The notes under the pieces are model-generated. The model made no database searches. It was not told the DNA's origin and worked only from the letters and a program-made list of their open reading frames with translations. Source: Eledone cirrhosa (taxonomy: Eukaryota). From it: a stretch of 64,000 bases of DNA. This document shows positions 1-13,123 of the stretch, piece by piece (position 1 is the stretch's first letter; each line of letters begins with the position of its first letter). A program made the position numbers and the translations under genes. The stretch is from NCBI GenBank assembly GCA_964016885.1, contig OZ024741.1, forward strand, positions 349,184,001-349,248,000, given 5' to 3'.

Positions 1-210
1 TCTCTTTCCCCCTCTGTCTCCCTTTATGTTGGATACATACATATATATCATATATATTTATGTGAAGACATGCGGCTTAGTGGTTAGGGAGTCAGACTAT
101 GTCACGCTGAATCTTACTGGGAAATACGTTAGTAGCAAAATGTTCTGTTAATCGTATCAACTGGAACACTCGTCTCGTGCCAATTTTATATATATATTTA
201 TAGTAACATT

Positions 211-1938
211 TAGATAGATAGATAGATAGATAAATAATTTTATTTTTATTTGCCACCAGGGCATCAAAAAGTGGGACAAGTACAATGGGGGAGTTTACAT
301 AACAAGGCGTCCTCAATAAGGAGGAGGCAATAACAAGATATAAAAATAAAATACAACATAACAAAATAAATTTTATAACAAAATCCTCAATAGGGAGGAG
401 GCGCTTTGGGGAGTCGCACACACCCCCGCAAAAAAGTGTGCAACCCTTCTCCCCAGGAGCACAAAGAGGGGGTGCTCCCTTGGTCTTTCATCTTCCTCAC
501 CTATAGTCTGATGTAGAGTGAAGGCCCATTCACACGGGCCATTCTCGCCACTATCACCCATCTTTCATAAAAACGGCTGGGGTGCAGCACCTCTCTCTCC
601 ATCCTGATCCTTCTTCCGAAATGATATCGGAAGAAACGGACCAGTTGTTGGCCAGAGAGAAAGGTGTCTGACCTAAGTCCTTTCAGACGCGTCCACCATA
701 CAACCTCTTTCGCCATGGCTGTTACGCACAGAAACACCGCCTCTCCTTCGTTTGTGAAGAGGGGAGGCGGCTTGATCGTTACAATAGACTCGGTGGTCAA
801 CCGGATCGGTCCCACCCTTGACAGCAGTTGTTCGACATAGCCCCACAGATCGGTAATGCCCGAGCAGTGTACCAATGCGTGTGCAATGGTTTCCTCGTCG
901 CACACACATCTGGGACAGATTTTTTCCGAGGGCTCCCTACCCGGGCGCCCGTGTCTGATCCTCCTACCGAATAGGTTGGTCAGTTCGTCTTCCTCCATGC
1001 CTAGGGCTTCTCCAAGGGCGCCGTCGCACCTGCTAACCACCAGCCCTCTATAGAATGACGAGGTGGATTCTCCGCTGACAGCCGGGTCCGCCTGCCAGAG
1101 AGCCGTGACGCCTGGGCACACTCGGTGTGCCAGGCGCCCAGTTTTCTCAGTCTTTGCTTGACCCAGGATTGCAGCTCGGTGAGTGAGACGAGTCTGGGAA
1201 AGGCCCCCCTCACAAACGGGGCCCACACCGGCTGACCGGAGAGGAATACCTGAAGGTGCCGTAGCCTTAATGCGTGTTTACGCATCATTAGCCACGGCAT
1301 CCCCAGCCCTCCTTTCGAAGGGTGTTGACAGCAGATGGATCTCCTCCCCATATGAGCCCGCTTCTTCCAAAGGAATTGGAAGAGTGCGCGCTCCATTTTG
1401 GCGAGCGTTTCCCTTGGGCAAGGCACAACGGTCAGGCGGTAGTAGATGACGGACGCTATATAAGTGTTTGCCACCTCCGCCCGACCTTTCAGGGACAGTT
1501 TGCACTCGGCCCACTTCTGGGTCAGTGCAAACACCCTGTTCGTTACCTCACCCCAGTTCTTCTCCACCTGGAGGTCTGGTCCGAACCAGAACCCCGAGCA
1601 ACTTCACCGGGCACTCCGTCCAGCGCCCGACGACGCCATCGGAGGGCATCGATCTGCCCCTCCACGTGCCGAGTTGCAGACCGATCGACTTGTCCCGGTT
1701 CAGCTTAGCCCCTGTAAACTTTTCGTACTGCTCCAGTAAGGTGCCGATCGCCCCGATTTCCAAGGCCGTCGACACCATTACTGTTACGTCATCGGCGTAG
1801 GCTGACACCGCTTTCCGCAATTCCGGTTCCAACGGGATGCACTGCAAAAACTCCAACTTCCGCAGCAGTGGCTCTAGAGTCATTACTTACAGAAGGGAGG
1901 AGAGAGGGCACCCCTGTCGGATGGACCGCGCGATTTCG
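211..1938 (-). mobile_element. Tx1-clade non-LTR retrotransposon, copy 1 (5'-truncated within RT, ~100 bp internal deletion, frameshifts)
   Basis: ORF fragments with AVSAYADDVTV (RT), KGGLG and CPRC-x-ETIAHALVHC (C-terminal Zn knuckle); 3' UTR with AATAAA ending in (TATC)n at 211-231; homologous to the four downstream copies. Confidence 0.92.
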
Positions 1939-2219
1939 AGATAGATAGATAGATATGTTTCTTTTATTTGCCACCAGAGCATCAAAAGTGGGACAAGTAC
2001 AAAGGGGGGAGTTTACACAAAAAGGCGTCCTCAATAAGGAGGAGGCAATAACAATGTATAAAAATAAAATAAAATATAACAAAAAATAAAATTTATAACA
2101 AAATCCTCAATAGAGAGGAAGCGCCTTGGGGAGTCGCACACACCCCCGAAAAAAGTGTGCAACCCTTCTCCTCAGGAGCACAGAGAGGGGGTGCTCCCTC
2201 GTTCCTTCCTCTTCTCCAC

Positions 2220-5200
2220 CTACAGGCTTATGTAAAGAGAAGGCCCATTCACACGGGCCATTCTCGCCACTTTCACCCACCTTTCATAAAAACGACTGGG
2301 GTGGAGCACCTCTCTCTCCATCCTGATCCTTCTTCCGAAATGATATCGGTAGAAACGGACCAGTTGTTGGCCAGAGAGAAAGGTGCCTGACCTCAGTCCT
2401 TTCAGACGCGTCCACCATACAACCTCTTTCGCCATGGCTATTACGCACAGAAACACCGCCTCTGCTTCATCTTTGAAGGGGGGAGGCGGCTTGATCATTA
2501 CAATAGACTTGTTGGTCAACCGGATCGGTCCCACCCTTGACAGCAGTTGTTCGACATAGCCCCACAGATCTGCTACGCCCGTGCAGTGTACCAATGCGTG
2601 TGCAACGGTTTCCTCGTCGCACACGCATCTGGGACAAATCTTTTTGGCGGGGTCCCTACCCGGGCGCCCGTGTCTGTAGAGCTTTTCTCGAACGGGTAGA
2701 GCCCCTCGGTAGCACTGCCAGGCCAGGGACTTCTGGAAGTTGTCCATAGGTCCCGGGCTGAATGTCCTACCGAACAGGCTGGCCAGTTCGTCCTCCTCCA
2801 TGTCTAGGGCTTCTCCGAGGGCGTCGTCGCACCTGCTCCGTACCAGCCCTCTATAGAATGTTGCGGTGGAGTCTCCACTGATAACCGGATCCGCCTGCCA
2901 GAGGGTGGTGAGCGCCTGGGCACACTCAGTGTGCCAGGCGCCCAGTTTTCTCGGTCTTTGCTTGACCCAGGATTGCAGCTCGGTGAGCGAGACGAGTCTG
3001 GGAAAGGTTCGTCTCACAAACGAGGCCCACACCGGTTGACCGGTGAGGAATACGTAGAGGTGCCGTAGCCTTAATGCGTGTTTACGCATCATTAGCCACG
3101 GCATCCCCAGCCCTCCTTTCGAAGGGTGTTGACAGCAGATGGATCTCCTCACCATAGGAGCCCGCCTCTTCCAAAGGAATTGGAAGAGTGCGCGTTCCAT
3201 TTTGGCGAGCGTTTCCCTTGGGCAAGGCACAACGGTCAGGCGGTAGTAGATGACGGACGCTATATAAGTGTTTGCCACCTCCGCCCGACCTTTCAGGGGC
3301 AGTTTGCACTCGGCCCACTTCTGGGTCAGTGCAAAACCCTGTTCGTTACCTCAACCCAGTTCTTCTCCACCTGGAGGTCTGGTCCGAACCAGACCCCGAG
3401 CAACTTCACCGGGCACTCCGTCCAGTGTCCGACGACACCGTCGGGAGGCATCGGTCTGCCTCTCCACGTTCCGGGATGCAGCCCGATGGATTTTTCCCGG
3501 TTCAGTTTCGCTCCTGACAACCTTTCGTAATCCTCCATTAAGGTACCGATCGCCTCGATCTCCAAGTCGGTCGATACCATTACTGTTACGTCATCGGCGT
3601 AGGCCGACACCGCTTTGCTCAATCCTGGTTCTAGGGGGATACCCTGCAACAACTCCAACTTCCTCAGTAAAGGCTCGAGAGTCAATACGTACAGAAGGGA
3701 GGAGAGAGGGCACCCCTGTCGAATGGATCGTGTGATTTCGAACGGCTTCGAAAGGTAGCCGTTCACCTTGATCCTAGAACAGATGTGGTTGCTATGTAAG
3801 GCAGTGATCCAGCCTCTGAAAACAGGGCCGAACCCAGCCGCCGCTAGCACCGCATCCAGGTAACCATGATCAACCTATCGAAGGCCTTAGACTGATCCAA
3901 GTTGATCAGGGCCCCACCGAAGCCGGGTTTGTTGCCAACCCTCTCTATGATGTATCGCATGAGGTGGAGGTTATCGTGAATGGACCTGGATGGGATAGCA
4001 CATGTCTGCGCATCTCCCACCAGGCCACCCACGACAAGCGCCAACCTCTTTGCTAACACCTTGGCCAAAATCTTTAACTCTGTGTTTAGCAGGGTTATGG
4101 GCCGAAAATTATTTATACTATCTCCCTTGTTCTCGTCCTTCCTCACCAACGTGACTACGCCCTTGGCTACAGAACAAGGAATTCTCCCGTTCTGCTGCCA
4201 ATTGCAGTAGACCGCTTCGAGGAGTTCGGAGAAGAAGACCGGCATTGCTAAATAAAGTTCGTAAGGTATACCATCGAGACCTGGAGATTTCCGTCTGCTG
4301 CATTGGCTCAGCGCATCTCCGATCTCATCAGCCGAGATTGGTCCCTCGCATGACTCTGCCTCTTCGCTCGAGAGACGCGGCAAGCCGTCGAGGTATGGAC
4401 CGAAATCCACGTCCCCGCCCGGACCCTCGCCTCCCCCGAACAATAGGGCAAAGTGCCTTTGAAAGGCCTCGCACATCTGCTTAGGCTCCCGGATCACCCG
4501 TCCATCTTCGTCTTGCAACGACCGGATGGTGGATCGATTTCCACTCTTAGCTTCTGTCACGCGGGCCCAGCCAACGGCTTTGGCCCCCTCATTACCTAGA
4601 GCACGTATTTTGCTTCGAATGACGCAGCCTTCGTGCTTTGCATCGAAAAACTGGTTCAAGGCCGTTCTCGATGCCAGCACTCTGGCCACATCTTCGCTCT
4701 TGATTGCCTCTTCTAATTTACCTGTTAATTCTTTCTCGTTTCTATTCCTATCGGCAGCTAACATCTTGCTATAACTTATTGATTCTGTTTTAATCTCTCT
4801 TTTGAGAGATGCCCACCATCGGTTGTTGACGATTGCACCCGTCAACCTCTCCTTAACTAATCTGCTAATCCGGTTTCTGTAAGTCTCTTTTGCCGGTAAA
4901 GACAAATTAAGTTTCCAGTAACCGGGACCCTGTTTATGTGTTTTCTCGAGATTGACTACGCAGGTCACTAATTTGTGATCCGTGTAGCCAACCGTGCGCA
5001 TTTCTGGACAGCTTAATATGTCCCTATCCTTACTTCTAACTAAGAATCTATCTAAGTACGATCTAGATTGACCACTGTGGTTTCTCCAAGTCCAGGTAGG
5101 CACAGTTGGAAAATCTAGTTGATATCTATCGACCAAGTTAAAACGGTCGAGTAACCCCTTGAGGCTGTTACAACCCCCTCTATTAGGACATCCTCCTGCA

Positions 5201-5655
5201 TAGTCCCAACGTGCATCTAGTATGTCATTCCAATCCTCCGCTAGAAGCAGGGAACGCGACGTTCCCAGAAAAGTCTCTAAACGCTGGAAGAAGTCGGGCC
5301 GTTCAGCTCCGAAAGGGGAGTAGACGGCGACCAGTCTTAAGGCCGCACCTTCACTACTGCCAACGTCTAGCACCAACAAACGACCCTCCGGGTCCGAGTG
5401 CACAACCTGTACGGCAAGACCCAGGTGTTTTTGCAGCAGTACGACAACCCCACCCCCACCTCCAGGTTGACAGAGAGATGCATGCACCTCAAAGTCATCG
5501 AAGGTAGGGGCCAGCTGCCGCACGACGCTGATCCGAGTATCACAGATAACTATTACATTTATACCACATGACCTGAGGTCATTTAGAAGCTTTGCTTGCT
5601 TCCAAGTCGAGCCCAGGCCACGTGCATTCAAACATCCTACTCTTAACACATCCAT
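2220..5655 (-). pseudogene. Tx1 ORF2 (APE endonuclease, reverse transcriptase, C-terminal Zn knuckle) with two 1-bp frameshifts
   Basis: CLNARGL, SYLDRFLV, TDH (APE); KSPGLDG, FRPITLLN, LDQSKAFDR, RQGCPLS, YADD (RT); ORF pieces 3844-5655, 3326-3850 and 2220-3278 join after restoring single C deletions near 3876 and 3335. Confidence 0.93.
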
Positions 5656-7379
5656 GTGGGCGGCAGAGCCAAAGGAGAGTGTAGAGACCTACCTTTCCGC
5701 TTCCCGGGGTTCGGGTCGCACGACTTCCATGGGGTCGGGGGTGTTGGGTGAAGGGGTGTCTTGTGGTGGTGTGGGGTCGTCAGTGTGTGGTGGGGTTGGG
5801 GTGTTTGGAGTTGTGTTGGGGAGGGGAAGGGGGGGGAGCTTTTTAGTAGGACGCGGTTTATGGGTTTGACAGAGGGTGGTCCTACGTCCTCCTTAAAATC
5901 CTTTTTTAGTTTTTGGTAGAGGTTCATTGGGATCTTTATTAATTTTAAATGTGGGTAGTTTTCTGAAGAAACAAAGTTTACACCTTCGGTTTGTACCGAA
6001 GGATTATTGTTTATGAGTTCATTTAATTTATTATTGTTTCTGTTGATGTAAGTATAGTGTAATGTCTTTTTTTCGGATGGTGTGAGTGTTTCGAAGAGGG
6101 GAGGGGCAGGTTTGGTTTTGTTTGTTGCTGGAGGGGTGTTTTCTCTTTTGTTGGATTGTGTTGACATTTGGGTGGGGGTTGTTTGGCCTTGTGTGTTTTG
6201 CACATGTTTTCTTTTTTTCCTTTTAATCTGTCTGAAGGACTCCGTTTCTTCCTCCGAATTCGTTGGGTTATCTTCAGTGTTGGAGGGAAGAGGTATGTTT
6301 GCTGGTAATGTTTCCGCGTTGGTTTTCTTTGTGGGGGAGATGGATGTCACTATGTTAGACTGTGTTGTGTGTTGTGTCTGCGGTGGTTGTGTTGTTTTAT
6401 TGAGTGAGGGGTTGGGTGGGCCTGTATTTTGTTTTGGGGTAATGTGTTGTGACTGTTTGTGTTGTGGTGGTGGTGTAGTTTTACTGACGGACGGGTTGGG
6501 TGGGACTGAGTTTTGTTGTTTGTTTATCTGTTGTGGTGGTGGTGGTGGAGCTGGTGTTGGTAGCAGGGTTTTCTTTTTGTTAAGTTGGGGACAAGCGGCC
6601 TTCAGGTGCCCTCTGCCTGCACAGACATGACAGGATGGCCTTCTCCCCTCCACGCTAATGTTTATATACCCGTGGCCCTCTAATAGGATTCTGTCGGCTA
6701 TTTGGGCGATGCGTTCAGGCTTCATTTGCACTACCAGCTCTATACCTGTTCCACTGAACGCATTGCCTGTGGTTTTCCCAATGGAAATCACGTTGTCATT
6801 CACTGGATCGATGAAGCCAGCTATGAGCCAGCAGTAGTCCACATCTGGCATCATTGCATCCAGCCATATGCGTTGAGTTCTTTTACCCATATAAGATGGA
6901 TAAAAGGTAAAAATTTTCGAACGAATCGGTGACAAAGCACATTTTTTTGCCGCCGATTCGTTCTTCATAATAATTGCTAGGCTTCCATATAGTCTGTCTT
7001 TTCTTATGAAAGTGGTTTCATTAAGTACTTCTGTGAGTACTGTTTTGATATCTGCTTGAGAAGGCTGTTCAGGTTTTTTTGAAGTGTTGTTGATGGTGCG
7101 GAACACGACCGTTCGTCTTTCAATGTCTTTGGTGAGTTCTTGAGGCATTTTAACCGATAAAATACCATTCTCTTCTTCACTTATGTATTGTTTGGCGTCT
7201 GTGATTCTTCGTGCCACATCTGAAATATTTTCGGGTATATATGTCAAAGATTTCTTTGTTTTTTGTGCAAATGAAATCTTGTTGACTATGTCGTCTGCTT
7301 TGCTTTCTGTTATGTTGTTTTCAAATGTTATTTTTGTGTTTGTTGTGTTTTTGTTTGTGGTATTAATATTGTCATGCAA
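5643..7379 (-). CDS. Tx1 ORF1 gag-like nucleic-acid-binding protein
   Basis: 578 aa ORF with CHVCAGRGHLKAAC (CX2CX4HX4C) and a Pro/Thr/Gln-rich tail; probably extends to ~7587 across a poly-T frameshift at ~7390; overlaps the ORF2 start by 13 nt. Confidence 0.88.
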   Translation of the reverse strand: MHDNINTTNKNTTNTKITFENNITESKADDIVNKISFAQKTKKSLTYIPENISDVARRITDAKQYISEEENGILSVKMPQELTKDIERRTVVFRTINNTSKKPEQPSQADIKTVLTEVLNETTFIRKDRLYGSLAIIMKNESAAKKCALSPIRSKIFTFYPSYMGKRTQRIWLDAMMPDVDYCWLIAGFIDPVNDNVISIGKTTGNAFSGTGIELVVQMKPERIAQIADRILLEGHGYINISVEGRRPSCHVCAGRGHLKAACPQLNKKKTLLPTPAPPPPPQQINKQQNSVPPNPSVSKTTPPPQHKQSQHITPKQNTGPPNPSLNKTTQPPQTQHTTQSNIVTSISPTKKTNAETLPANIPLPSNTEDNPTNSEEETESFRQIKRKKRKHVQNTQGQTTPTQMSTQSNKRENTPPATNKTKPAPPLFETLTPSEKKTLHYTYINRNNNKLNELINNNPSVQTEGVNFVSSENYPHLKLIKIPMNLYQKLKKDFKEDVGPPSVKPINRVLLKSSPPFPSPTQLQTPQPHHTLTTPHHHKTPLHPTPPTPWKSCDPNPGKRKGRSLHSPLALPPTWMC

Positions 7380-7825
7380 TTTTTAAAATTTTTTTTTTTT
7401 CGTTGTTGGAATCCATGTCCAGATTTGTGTTTTCGTCATTTTTCTCCGCAGATTCGTCTGTTTTTATTTTGTTTTTTCCTTTCTTCTCTATGACGTTAGT
7501 TGGGAAGGAAGGGGGGACTAAAGCGTGCGAGCTTACAACTCTTACCGCTGTCCCCCCACCACTGTTTTCGTTCGCTTCGTTTAACATTTCTGTCAGACGA
7601 TTGAAAAATTATTTTTTTTTTGCCACAAAATTTAAGAAAAAAAACAGGTTTTTCACCTCTAGGAGGGGTAAAGATGAGCTGACCCAGCGTCTGACAGTTC
7701 AGACGGGGGGTCAAGCTACACAATAGTATCAAAATTAAATTTGAACTCACAAAATTTCCGCAATAGATTTGAACAAAACTTCTGCGCGAAGTGAATTACA
7801 TCCACACTGTAGAACAGATGACAGC

Positions 7826-7863
<38 letters not shown>

Positions 7864-9406
7864 TGTTTCTTTTATTTGCCACCAGGGCATCAAAAGTGGG
7901 ACAAGTACAATGGGGGGAGTTTACAAAACAAGACGTCCTCAATAAGGAGGAGGCAATAACAATATATAAAAATAAAATAAAATATAACAAAAAATAAAAT
8001 TTATAACAAAGTCCTAAATAGAGAGGAGGCGCCTTGGGGGGGGGGGGGGGGGGGTCGCACACACCCCCGAAAAAAGTGTGCAACCTTTCTCCTCAGGAGC
8101 ACAGAGATGGGGTGCTCCCTTGGTCCTTCATGTTCCTCACCTATAGTCTGATGTAGAGTGAAGGCCCATTCACACGGGCCATTCTCGCCACTTTTACCCA
8201 TCTTTCATAGAAACGGCTGGGGTGCAGCACCTCTCTCTCCATCCTGATCCTTCTTCCGAAATGATATCGGAAGAAACGGACCAGTTGTTGGCCAGAGAGA
8301 AAGGTGTCTGACCTCAGTCCTTTCAGACGCGTCCACCATACAACCGCTTTCGCCATGGCTATTACGCACAGAAACACCGCCTATCCTTCGTTTTTGAAGA
8401 GGGGAGGCGGCTTGATCGTTACAATAGACTCGGTGGTCAACTGGATCGGTCCCACCCTTGACAGCAGTTGTTCGACATAGCCCCACAGATCGGCAATGCC
8501 CGAGCAGTGTACCAATGCGTGTGCAACGGTTTCCTCGTCGCACACGCATCTGGGACAGATCTTTTTCGATGGGTCCCTACCCGGGCGCCCGTGTATGTAG
8601 AGCCTTTCTCGAACGGGCAGAGCCCTTCTGTAGCATTGCCAGGCCAGGGACCTCTGGAAGTTATCCATGGGTCCCGGGCTGAATGTCCTACCGAACAGGT
8701 TGGCCAGTTCGTCTTCCTCCATGCCTAGGGCTTCTCCGAGGGCGTATTCGCACCTGCTAACCACCAGCCCTCTATAGAATGACGAGGTGGATTCTCCACT
8801 GACAGCCGGGTCCGCCTGCCAGAGAGCCGTGAGCGCCTGGGCACACTCGGTGTGCCAGGCGCCCAGTTTTCTCGGTCTTTGCTTGACCCAGGATTGCAGC
8901 TCGGTGAGTGAGACGAGTCTGGGAAAGGCTCGCCTCACAAACGGGGCCCACACCGGTTGACCGGAGAGGAATACCTGAAGGTGCCGTAGCCTTAATGCGT
9001 GTTTACGTATCATTAGCCACGGCATCCCCAGCCCTCCTTTCGAAGGGTGTTGACAGCAGATGGATCTCCTCACCATAGGAGCCCGCTTCTTCCAAAGGAA
9101 TTGGAAGAGTGCGCGCTCCATTTTGGCGAGCGTTTCCCTTGGGCATGGCACAACGGTCAGGCGGTAGTAGATGACGGACGCTATATAAGTGTTCGCCACC
9201 TCCGCCCGACCTTTCAGGGACAGTTTGCACTCGGCCCACTTCTGGGTCAGTGCAAATACCCTGTTCGTCACCTCACCCCAGTTCTTCTTCACCTGGAGGT
9301 CTTGTCCGAACCAGACCCCGAGCAACTTCACCGGGCCCTCCGTCCAGCGCACGACGACGCCATCGGAGGGCATCGATCTGCCCCTCCACGTGCCGAGTTG
9401 CAGACC
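7826..9406 (-). mobile_element. Tx1 copy 3 (5'-truncated)
   Basis: ORF2 C-terminal half (8141-9406), very similar to copy 1; truncation fuses ...CAGACCGAT directly into (AGAT)n. Confidence 0.92.
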
Positions 9407-9454
<48 letters not shown>

Positions 9455-9689
9455 TATAATTTTCTTTTTATTTGCCACCAGGGCATCAAAAAGTGGGACA
9501 AGTACAATGGGGGGAGTTTACACAAAAAGGCGAGTAAAGAAAACAAATAACAAATATAAAATTAACAATAAAGTCTTCAATAGGGAGGAGGCATTTGGGG
9601 GGTCGCACACACACCCGAAAAAAGTGTGCAACCCCTTCTCCTCAGGAGCACAGAGAGAGGGTTCTCCCTCGTTCCTTCCTCTTTTCCAC

Positions 9690-12600
9690 CTACAGGCTGA
9701 TGTAAAGAGAAGGCTCATTCACACGGGCCATTCTTGCCATTTTCGCTCACCTTTCATAAAAACGACTGGGGTGGAGCACCTCTCTCTCCATCCTGATCCT
9801 TCTTCCGAAATGATATCGGAAGAAACGGATCAGTTGTTGGCCAGAGAGAAAGTTGCCTGACCTCAGTCCTTTCAGACGCGTCCACCATACAACCTCTTTC
9901 ACCATGGTTATTCCGCACAGAAACACCGCCTCTCCTTCATTTTTGAAGGGGGAGGCGGCTTAATCGTTACAATGGCCTCGGTTGTCAACCGGATCGGTCC
10001 CATCCGTGATAGCAGTCGTTCGACATAGTCCCACATATCGGCTACGCCCGAGTAGTGTACCAATGCGTGTGCAACGGTTTCCTCTTCGCACACGCATGTG
10101 GGACAGATCTTTTTGGCGGGGTCCCTACCCGGGCGCCCGTGTCTGTAGAGCTTTTCTCGACGGGTATAGCCCCTCGGTAGCACTGCTAGGCCAGGGACTT
10201 CTGGAAGTTGCCCATAGGACCCGGGCTGAATGTCCTACCGAACAGGCTGGCCAGTTCGTCTTCCTCCAAGTCTAGGGCTTCTACGAGGGCGTCGTCGCAC
10301 CTGCTTCCTATGTACCAGCCCTCTATAGAATGTCGCGGTGGATTCTCCACTGATAACCGGGTCCGCCTGCCAGAGGGCGGTGAGCGCCTGGGCACACTCA
10401 GTGTGCCAGGAGCCCAGTTTTCTCGGTCTTTGCTTAACCCAGGATTGCAGCTCGTTGAGTGAGACGAGTCTGGGAAAGGTTCGTCTCATAAACGAGGCCC
10501 ACACCGGTTGACCGGTGAGGAATACGTGGAGGTGCCGTAGCCTTAATGCGTGTTTACGCATCATTAGCCACGGCATCCCCAGCCTTCCTTTCGAAGGGTG
10601 TTGACAGCAGATGGATCTCCTCACCAAAGGAGCCCGCTTCTTCCAAAGAAATTGGAAGAGTGCGCGCTCCATCTTGGCGGGGGTTTCCCTTGGGCAAGGC
10701 ACGACGGTCAGGTGGTAGTAGATGACGGATGCTATATAGGTGTTCGCCACCTCCTCCCGACCTTTCAGGGACAGTTTGCAACTGGCCCACTTCTGGGTCA
10801 GTGCAAACACCCTGTTCGTAACCTCACCCCAGTTCTTCTCCACCTGGAGGTCTGGTCCGAACCAGACCCCGAGCAACTTCACCGGGCCCTCCGTCCAGCG
10901 TCCGATGACGCCATCGGAGGGCATCGGTTTTCCCCTCCACGTGCCGAGTTGCAAACCGATCGACTTGTCCCGGTTCAGCTTAGCCCCTGTGAACCTTTCG
11001 TACTCCTCCAGTAAGGTGCCGATCGCCCCGATTTCGGAGGCCGTCGACACCATTACTGTCACGTCATCGGCGTAGGCCGACACCGCTTTCCGCAATCCCG
11101 GTTCCAAAGGGATGCCCTGCAACAACTCCAACTTCCGCATTAGTGGCTCAAGAGTTAATACATACAAAAGGGAGGAGAGAGGGCACCCTTGTAGATGGAC
11201 CGCGCGATTTCGAACGGCTCCGAGAGGTAGCCGTTCACCTTGACTCTAGAGCAGATGCGGCTGCTGTGCATAGCAGTGATCCAGCCCCTGAAAACGGGTC
11301 CGAAGCCTGCCGCCGCTAGCACCGCATCCAGGTAACCATGGTCGACCCTATCGAACGCCTTAGATTGATCCAAGTTGTTCAGAGCCCCACCAAAGCCGAG
11401 TTCGTTCCCAACCTTCTCTATGATGTATCGCATGAGGTGGAGGTTGTTATGGATGGACCTGGACGGGATAGCACATGTCTGCGCATCTCCCACCAGGTTG
11501 CCCACGACAAGTGCCAACCTCTTTGCTAGCACCTTGGCCAAAATCTGTAACTCTGTATTTAGCAGAGTTATGGGCCTGAAGTTACTTATTTCGTCTCCCT
11601 TGTTCTCGTCCTTCCTCACTAGCGTGACTACGCCCTTAGTCACAGCACAGGGAATTCTCCCGTTCTGTTGCCAGTTGCAGTAGACCGCCTCGAGGAGTTC
11701 GGGGAACAAGTCCGGCATAGCTAGATATAGTTCGTATGGAAGACCATCGAGACCCGGGGATTTGCGTTTGCCGCATTGGCTCAGCACGTCCTCTATCTCA
11801 GCGGCTGAAATCGGCTCCTCGCAGGACTTCGCCTCCCTGTCCGAGAGACGCGACAGGCCGTCGAGGTATGGACCGAAGTCCACATCCCCAACCGTCTCCT
11901 CGCCCCTTCCGAACAATCGGGCAAAGTGCCTTTGAAAGGCCTCACACATCTGCTTAGGTTCAAGGATCGCCCGTCCATCCTGGTCTCGCAAAGACCGGAT
12001 GGTGGATTTAGTTCCACTCTTGGCTTCTGTCACGCGGGCCCAGCTAACAGCTTTGGTCCCCTCGTTCCCTAGAGCACGTATTTTACTTCGGACAACGCAG
12101 CGTTCGTGCTTCGCGTCGAAAAACTGGCTCAAAGCCGTTCTCGACGCTAGCACTCTGGCCACGTCGCCGCTTCTAATTGCCTCTTCTACTCTATCTATCA
12201 GCTCCCTTTCCTTCCTATTCCTATCCGCAGCTAGAACCTTACTAAATTCTATCGAGACTAATCTAATCTCTCTCTTTAGAGATACCAACCACCTGCTGTT
12301 GACGATCGCTCCAGTCAACCGCTCCTTAACTAACGTATTAATACGGTCCCTGTAAGCTTTACTTGCCGGTAAGGACAAGTTCAGTTTCCAGTAACCGGGG
12401 CCCTGTCTATGCGTTCTATCAATGTTGACCATGCAGGTCATCAACTTGTGGTCTGAATAGCCAACTATGAGCATTTCTGGACAACTTAAAAAGTCCCTGT
12501 CCTTATTTCTAACTAAGAACCTATCTAGGTACGATCTAGATTGACCGCTGCGATTTGACCAAGACCAGGTTGGCACCGTCGGAAAATCTAGTCGAAATCT

Positions 12601-13123
12601 ATCGGCCAGGTCAAATCGGCCGAGTAACCCCTTGAGGCTGTTGCACCCCTCTCTATCGGGACATGCCCCTGCATAGTCCCAACGTGCATCCAGGATACCA
12701 TTCCAGTCCCCCACTAAAAGCAGGGAACGTCCCTAGAAAAGACTCCAGACGCTGGAAAAAGTCGGGCCGCTCTGTCCCAAAAGGGGCATATGCGGCTACC
12801 AGCCTAAAGGCTCCACCTTCACCACTGCCAAGGTCCAGCACCACCAGTCGACCCCCTGGGTCCAAGTGAACTATCTGTGTGGCGAGAACCAGATGTTTTT
12901 GCAGCAGAACGACAACCCCATCCCCACCTCCGGGCTGACAGAGAGATGCGTGCATCTCAAAGTCATCAAAGGTCGGGGCTAGCTGTCGCATGCTGCTGAT
13001 TCGGGCCTCGCAGATAACCATCACATTTATAGATCGTGCCCTGAGGCCATTTAGAAGCATTGCTTGCTTCCAAGGTGAGCCCAGGCCACGCGCATTTAGA
13101 CACCCTACTCTCAGCACAGCCAT
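9690..13123 (-). pseudogene. Tx1 ORF2 (APE-RT) of copy 4, frameshifted
   Basis: ORFs 12653-13147, 11155-12714, 10235-11167, 9908-10183 are colinear with copy 2 ORF2. Confidence 0.9.

Larger units (their letters stand above)
1939..7825 (-). mobile_element. Tx1-clade non-LTR retrotransposon, copy 2 (full length: 5' UTR, ORF1, ORF2, 3' UTR)
   Basis: ORF1 with CCHC knuckle followed by ORF2 APE-RT-CCHC; bounded on both sides by (GATA)n tracts (1939-1955, 7826-7864). Confidence 0.95.

Noticed and set aside
72-110. tRNA gene
   Set aside because: Only a box-A-like SINE head; no cloverleaf or box B.
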